A stretch of DNA of 64,000 nucleotides from Blastocystis sp. Blastoise (taxonomy: Eukaryota > Protista > Bigyra: Opalinata). Made by a program: the position numbers and the translations under genes. The notes beneath the pieces are model-generated. The model was not told the DNA's origin. It was given only the letters and a program-made list of their open reading frames with translations, and made no database searches. Below, piece by piece: positions 56,761 through 64,000 of this stretch; position 1 is the stretch's first letter, and each line of letters starts with the position of its first letter. Location of the stretch: contig JBBPEB010000013.1 in NCBI GenBank assembly GCA_039096225.1, positions 2,046,001 through 2,110,000 of the forward strand, given 5' to 3'.

Positions 56761-58340
56761 AAATACACTTTTTTTGTTTATATCTGACATTAAATCAACA
56801 TGAGACAATCATAAACATAAAAATATCTTTAATAAGAAGATTTTCTGGCAAATTATTTAAGCATGATTCAGCTTCAGCAAATAGATGGCCAAAAAAGATG
56901 TGTTATTGATTCTGGTTTTTTCATTCATTCAACATTCTTTCAAATGTCATTCTTTTCATTAATTCAATCGTTGTGTGAATGATACCATAAATATATATTT
57001 AGCAAAAGACAATAAAGCTATAGAATAAATAAAACAATAGAAATATATAAAAACGGAGTCATTTGAACATAATTTTGGAGAATAAGTATCTTATTTTGAG
57101 GACTATATATATAAATGATAGGAATTATGATAATAATGATAAAATGTAAATATGTAACTTCAATGAGAACTACTAGATCAACTGAACAAAAACCAAAACT
57201 ATCACTATGATGCAGGGAATGACCTATTTAAGAGTTTTAATTGGCTAATTTTATAATATAGTCCAATAAAATTTTTAAACATTTTGACATTCTAAAAAAA
57301 TGATTTAGAGAAAGAATTTTTCTTAAAAACAAGAAAAATAAATAAAAAGTTGATATTATTTTCTATTCTTCTTAATTCTTCTCTTATAGAGTTTATATGT
57401 TTGTGACATTTTATTTGGCCAATAGAGTCTTTATTTGACAAACAGAGCAGTTTTTAGATTTGTTCACACAACATTAGTAGTTAGAAAAAGTTGACTTATT
57501 TTCAATTAAAAGTTGTCAAAATGTATTTAATAGACCATGTAGAGGTAAAATGTAAATGAATTAATTTGTTTTACGATATTTATAAAAAAAATCAAAAACA
57601 AAAATTCAGACAGTCAATTTTTTTATAAAATCGTATTTTTTCATTATAAAATAAATCAAAATTTGAAACTGTGTCTTTTGTTTTCTTTTTTTCTGAACTT
57701 TATGTATGATTTTATATTTGATTTCAATACATTATGTTTATTTAGGTACAATGTCCTCCTTCTAAATATGTTTTATTTTTTTATAGTTTATTTTACTTAA
57801 TTTATTTATTCATTTAGGAGTCAGGTTTTTAAAGATGAGGAAATTTCTTTCATTTTGAAATCGCGTTATGTGTTCTCAAAGATTATTTAGCTTTGTGAAA
57901 AATACTTTCAGTATATAATTACTTTTTAAATTAGTTATATTTATTTGATTCATTTTATAGTATGAAGTAACTTACGGTTCTTCAAAGGAAATCCTTTGTT
58001 TTCTGTGTCAGTTTAGATGAATATTTTTATTTAGTATATTATAATTACTTTTATTATTATTATTATTGTTTTTCTATTAATTTATTTTTATATTTATTTA
58101 TAATAGTATTTGTCAATTTTTTATTTATATATTTTTAAATAATATTTTTATTATTAAATTTTTTATGCTAATAAATTTTATATATAGATATACGATTAAA
58201 AGACTATAATTGAATTTGAAACATTTATATATTTAGATTGATTTTTCTCTGTCATTTTATATATAAAAATATAGATGAGTATATATTTATTATTATTATA
58301 TTTATTATATTTATTGTATCATTTATATATATTTATATAG

Positions 58341-59010
58341 ACATAATATAATAGATATATATACATCCTTTCACTTTCTTCCCTTCTATTATATATCACC
58401 TTTCTGTTTATATCCTTCTTTCATTTTATATATATATCAATTATTAAGAGTATATCGTAAAGAAGCATTAGTATTTATTATTGATATAATAGAATATATT
58501 ATGAAAGAATATATAAGTGTTTTTTATGAACGTATAAAGAAAGGATAATATTATTTATATACTTATCAATGAAAATAATTAAGTATGATAACTATTCAAA
58601 CTATATTGTAATATAGAAATTATATATCAATATCATTAGAATTATTGTTACTTTTTTTTATTACTTAAGATAATAATAAGAATTATTATATAAATAGAGT
58701 TTATTCTTAGAATTATTATCGAGTTGCTATCACATATTATATTATATGTATATACCAACAATAAGTGAACAATATGTTAAAGAAGTTATTCAATTATTAA
58801 ACCAATTAAATGATAAGCAATGTTGTATATATAAATATAATTATTATACTTATTATATTATATATACTTATTATTATTATTATTATATATATAAGCTTAT
58901 CTATGGAAAATGAAATTTATTGGTTTTAAATTATTCATTGTCTATATATATATAAATGTATTTGAAGGAAATACTATGACAGATTTCTTACAACAACAAG
59001 AATATATATA
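58341..59010 (+). pseudogene. Orphan exon-like fragments of an unidentified gene with no visible 5' end
   Basis: Acceptor atatag at 58340 opens HNIIDIYTSFHFLPFYYISPFCLYPSF..LRVYRKEALVFIIDIIEYIMKEY; later exon-like pieces contain stops. No resemblance to polymerase alpha seen. Confidence 0.4.
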
Positions 59011-59032
59011 TTATTATTATAATTATTATAGC

Positions 59033-59070
<38 letters not shown>

Positions 59071-60507
59071 TTCAATTATAATAACCTCTTTCAAAAAAAT
59101 CTTCATTATTTAATTTTTTATATGATTTATTATCTTCATTCTATTCTACTTTTTCTATTCCAATTAATATATCAAAAGAAATAGCCTATATAAAAGTGAT
59201 ATACTTTATAGTAACTACTCTTCTTCCTTATTCTATTACTATATATATATTATGAATTCAGTGAATATATACATTTTTCGTGTATTATTAATATTATTCT
59301 TTTTTTAAAATCTTTATGTGTTTTATTCAAAATAGATTTATATTAAACTTTATGATAAATAAATGTCATTACAAAATTTTTTAATAATTAAATAATATTT
59401 TAATATTACCTATTACTTTTGATATATTTTTCAGCATAACAATTTAAATTATTTTTTATATTTTTAAATCATTCATAGTAACTTATTTCTACTCTAATAA
59501 ACATAGAAGAATAAAATAAATTATTTTTTAAAAGAATGTACTAATTAGATAAACATAAAGCAATATAAGCTATTATATTTTATGAATTACTATTTTTGAA
59601 TCAATTATATCATACTAATATATCAATAGAATCAATATATAAGTGCAATTAAGACTTCATTCTCTAAAAATCTAAAAATTTATTTTGTTAATAATCTTTA
59701 AATGTTATTAATAAAAATAAAGGCTTATAACCTGTATAAAGTAGTATTAATAGATTTTTGTTTAGTAAAGACTTTTTAGCATAAAAAAAGAGAAAAACGG
59801 ATATTTTTATCTATCCCCTAGATTTAAACAAAGTTTTATAAAAATTTTATATATAAATAGAAAGATGACTCTTTTTACAATTCTCAATCTTCATATAATA
59901 TATATATTTTAGATGTTTAATAAAATATATTTTTATTATTTTATGCATATAATAGTATATAAATTTCTGAATATCATCCAAATAATAAACAAATGAATAA
60001 AATTATGAATTATGTATATATATATATTCTATTACTTATTCTGTAGGTATATTATATTATTATTTACTCAAATAATCAAAAACCAATTTTATTGAAATGG
60101 TTTGTTTTTACTAATTACATTCTAGCAATTGAAATATGATATCAAGTTTAACGCATGTCCTTTGCAATAGCTCTCTTAGAGGGTATATACATACATTTCT
60201 TTTTATTCTTTACATTCTGAGTCTATCTTTATAAATAGGTATTAAAAGATTCAGTGCTGTTATCGAATATCAATATGTATCTAGACTACTTGATTAACAA
60301 CTTAAACATTTTCATTTCTATAACTTAGTTTGTTTTTTTTTATTCTTTATTCTTTTCTTTTAATACTTGAATAATAATTAAACTATTTCATTTTAAATAT
60401 GTATCATTGGCTGATATAAAAGAAAATAGCATTTTCATTGGGTCATTTTTAAAGATGTTTTTATTTTCTTATGAATTTTCCAAATATATTGTTGTCTTTC
60501 CTAATAC

Positions 60508-63233
60508 TTATAAATAAGCTGAAAATTTTCTGATTCCGTCTGATGTTAAAACCTCTCTTTATATAGTCTTTATATAGAAACCTGATTTATAATGGTAGTA
60601 AGTATTTCTATATAGGGTTGATCTTCAAAGGATGTAGAAATAGTAATAGTATATAGATCTCGATAAGAAGAAAGATGAAGAGGAGAATCTATTAGAAACT
60701 ATATAAATATTATAAATTATATATGATTATATATATACATGAATATGATTATTATTGAGAGTATAAGAATAGAGAAGAGGAGGAGAAGAAGTTAAATTAA
60801 ATTGTTGATTTATAGGAATAGGACTATATAATAATAATATTAATAAAAAAAAATAAATATACATTTCATTATTATGAATATCTTTAACAATAACATCTAA
60901 TTCTCTTCTTATTTCAGGTACAAATCCCATACTGAATGTTCCTGAATAGGTTGATGATAAAGAATACTTTAAACATGTGAATGTAGTAATTGTCACTGAT
61001 GTATCCAATATAGGCATATTATTATATAATAATATAAACGTATAATTACGAGCAGTAGGAAGATGAGGTATAGTTGTATATAGATTAAAGAAAATAATAG
61101 TATTTAATTATTATTATTAATATATATATATATAAAAGGATATTTATAAGTACCAAGTGATGTAGTTTCAACTATATACATGATTCCATCATAATAATCT
61201 TCATCTATATTTATCCTATATATATATATTCATTTATATTTATATATAATAATAATAATAGAATACCATTTAAGATTAGATTGTTGACCCGTAATAATAT
61301 GTTGATTTTCATCAAATATTTGAAATGAAAAGAATGGATCAGTTTCTAAATTAGCATTTAATATCGATGATACATGAAATTTAAGAGGAGATGTTAATCT
61401 ATAAATATATATAAAGAAAATAACATAATAATAATAATATACATGAATAGAGAATAAGGAAGAGAAGATAGAGTAATAGGAATATCTTTAGAGAATAGAT
61501 TATCTTGTTTATTTTGAAAGAATAGACGTATATATAAATAAGGATATTCTGATTCAGTAAGACCAATAATAGAAGACATTTCAACAATATAATGAATATG
61601 AATACTATAAATAAATAAATAAATAATAATATTAAATATACGTATTATTGAGTATATGTTTATCTACAGTAAAAGGAGTATCTTCTAAAGTATCAGCTCG
61701 TCGAATATCTATATCAATATATTCTCCTTCATGATTATATATAGAAAAAGAAGGATCTTCTTTTGAATATCCACCTTCTTCAATATAATATGTAGCATTC
61801 AATGAATTAAAATATTCATCCTATTATAAATATATAATAATCATAATAATAAATAAATACTTTTAAATTCATATAGATATCTCCACAAATAGAAATATTT
61901 GTAGAATCACAATAAGAAACATATTCAATTCCAGTCCCATGAATATCAGTATGAGCAATATAAAGAGTACCAGGAACAACAGCTATTATAGATAATATAT
62001 ATTATATATATTATAAATATATTTACTTAGATAAGAATCATAGATATTTCCAGAAACTAATGTAATCAATGAAATCTTATGGAATCCTGATACTTTAGCA
62101 GGTATAGAACATGTACTAAGAAGACTTATTGAATCTGGATTCATAACATCATAATAAGTATTTCGATCTATATAAAATTATATTCAAATTATATATATTA
62201 TATATATACCTTCTACATAACTATAATCACATATTTTATATACACTTTTTAAATTAATTACTGAATTATTATATCTATAAATAATATATATATAAATAAA
62301 GAATAAAAAATAATTACATATCAAAGAATTTAATGTTTATAGGAATAATATCACCAGCAGTATAAAGAGAATCATGAGTTACTTGAATTGTAGATGTACT
62401 ATATATATATAAGAGAATAATAATAAAAATAATATACATTTCAGTAGAAGGTATAGTAGTGATATTCCATTCTAAAGAGGACCAAATATTATCTTCAGAT
62501 AAACAATCTATTTTCACAGTGATATTTCTAACTTTTGAAGGTAATTGAATAAATGTATAAAGAGGACAAATAGAAGTATATTGATATTCTTGTGTATATA
62601 TATCAAGAGAAGGAGATGTTGAAAATGAATAAAAGGATTTCTGAGTATACTATATAATAATATTATTTAATAAATAAATATATATATATACTTCTCCATC
62701 ACCTTTAATATACACTTTATATTTATCTCTTCGATTATCTAAACAATATCCATCATCATATATATCTCTTGTATATATATACATATACGTTAATGTACCT
62801 GCAAAACTAATAGGACTGTAAAAAGTAGAATTAAGAAAAATATATAATATTATTATTGAGAGAATATAATATAAAATAATATAATAATAAAAAGGATATA
62901 TAGATTTCAGTTTTCGAACAATCATTAGGACTAATTCTACTTTGAATAGTACAATATATATAAGAATTAATCTTATCAATATCTTCTTCTTCTTCTTGAT
63001 TTAGAAGACGTACATATAAATGACCATTAGAAATCTCACGAAAGAAACGAATGGATAATGTATATTGTGAAGTAGAATCCATAGTGATTCTATAACTAAA
63101 GAATTGATCGGATTCCCCTGGAAATAAAGGAATATCAAATCCTTCTGAAGATGTCACATATAATTTTATTATAAAATTATTCTGATTCACTAAATTATAA
63201 TAGCGATCTCTTACTATTAATGTAAACTATATA

Positions 63234-63270
<37 letters not shown>

Positions 63271-64000
63271 CAACACTTCTATATAAAGGAATAATTGAAT
63301 AGATAGTAGAGATAGAAGAGTAGAGATAAGAAGGAACATCACTATATACTGATAATTGGAATGGAGTATTAATCACAGATAAACCATTCACACTATAGAA
63401 ATATTATTATTATTTATTATATAAATATATATATATATATACATCCATCTAAAATAAACAGATTCTGAAGTATAAGAAACAAATTGATATATTAATTTTT
63501 CATGTAATGGATCTATATAATAATAATAAATAATAAATAATAATAAATATATAAAATACCTTCTTTTGAAGTAAAGAAATAAGATTGATCTGTATTTAAT
63601 AGAATTGTTCCTGTAAATAATGTTGTAGGAACTGTATTATTATATTCATCACGAAAATATATTTCAAAATTATCTATATATATATATTATTATTATTATA
63701 TAAACAAAAAAATATAAATATATACGAATAATGCCAACACTAGTAGTTTTATTTGGTGGTATAAAAATAGTATTAGAAGGAAGAAGAGAACCATGAGTTA
63801 CTGTCCATGCAGATAAGAATGGAGAATAATGAATAGGAATACCATCTACTGTTATATAAATATCATATATAGCTACATAGATAGCTTTTAAATATAAATA
63901 AAGAGAAGAAGAAGAAAGATAGGAGAAGGTATATGTAGGAAGAGATGGAACTATATATATATATAGAATAATAATAATAAATAAATAAAATATAAAATAC
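60508..64000 (-). CDS. 3' part of an intron-rich gene with filamin/Ig-like beta-sandwich repeats (5' end outside window, stop approximate)
   Basis: More than 15 GT-AG exons. Recurring YFRDEYNN, YTRDIYDD and VKDIHNN motifs and ITVDGIPIHYSPF / VNGLSVINTPF motifs typical of filamin-type repeats. Confidence 0.65.

Larger units (their letters stand above)
51218..58279. mobile_element. About 7.06-kb segment bounded by about 1.08-kb degenerate inverted repeats (51218-52294 and 57203-58279); no transposase seen
   Basis: Collinear reverse-complement matches, e.g. gtctattgaatacatattgacaactttttattgaaaataagtcaac (51961) vs gttgacttattttcaattaaaagttgtcaaaatgtatttaatagac (57490), and attggactatttttaaaattagccaa vs ttggctaattttataatatagtccaat. 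Outer ends are TA|CTC and GAG|TA. Confidence 0.75.

Overview
Extremely AT-rich, intron-dense eukaryotic DNA. The gene content resembles Blastocystis-type stramenopiles, which is inference only. The first 28.7 kb is a giant near-perfect inverted repeat (arms 1-9171, running off the window, and 19508-28667) around a 10.3-kb spacer. Each arm carries a low-complexity gene (about 30 exons and about 1,620 aa in the complete right copy) whose 27 consecutive small internal exons are all phase 1-1 and, except one left-arm exon, multiples of 3 nt. The spacer carries one large type I membrane surface-protein gene with discoidin-like, putative-Ig and Cys-repeat modules. The rest of the window has a small bZIP gene, a fucosyltransferase-family gene, a Rab5-like GTPase, a DNA polymerase alpha catalytic gene that stops in an intron just after motif B, a 7-kb segment bounded by about 1.08-kb degenerate inverted repeats that carries a glycosyltransferase pseudogene and a phased TGACGTCA array, three MITE-like families, other decayed glycosyltransferase relics, and the 3' part of a filamin/Ig-like-repeat gene. 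Gene models were spliced by eye; no databases were searched.
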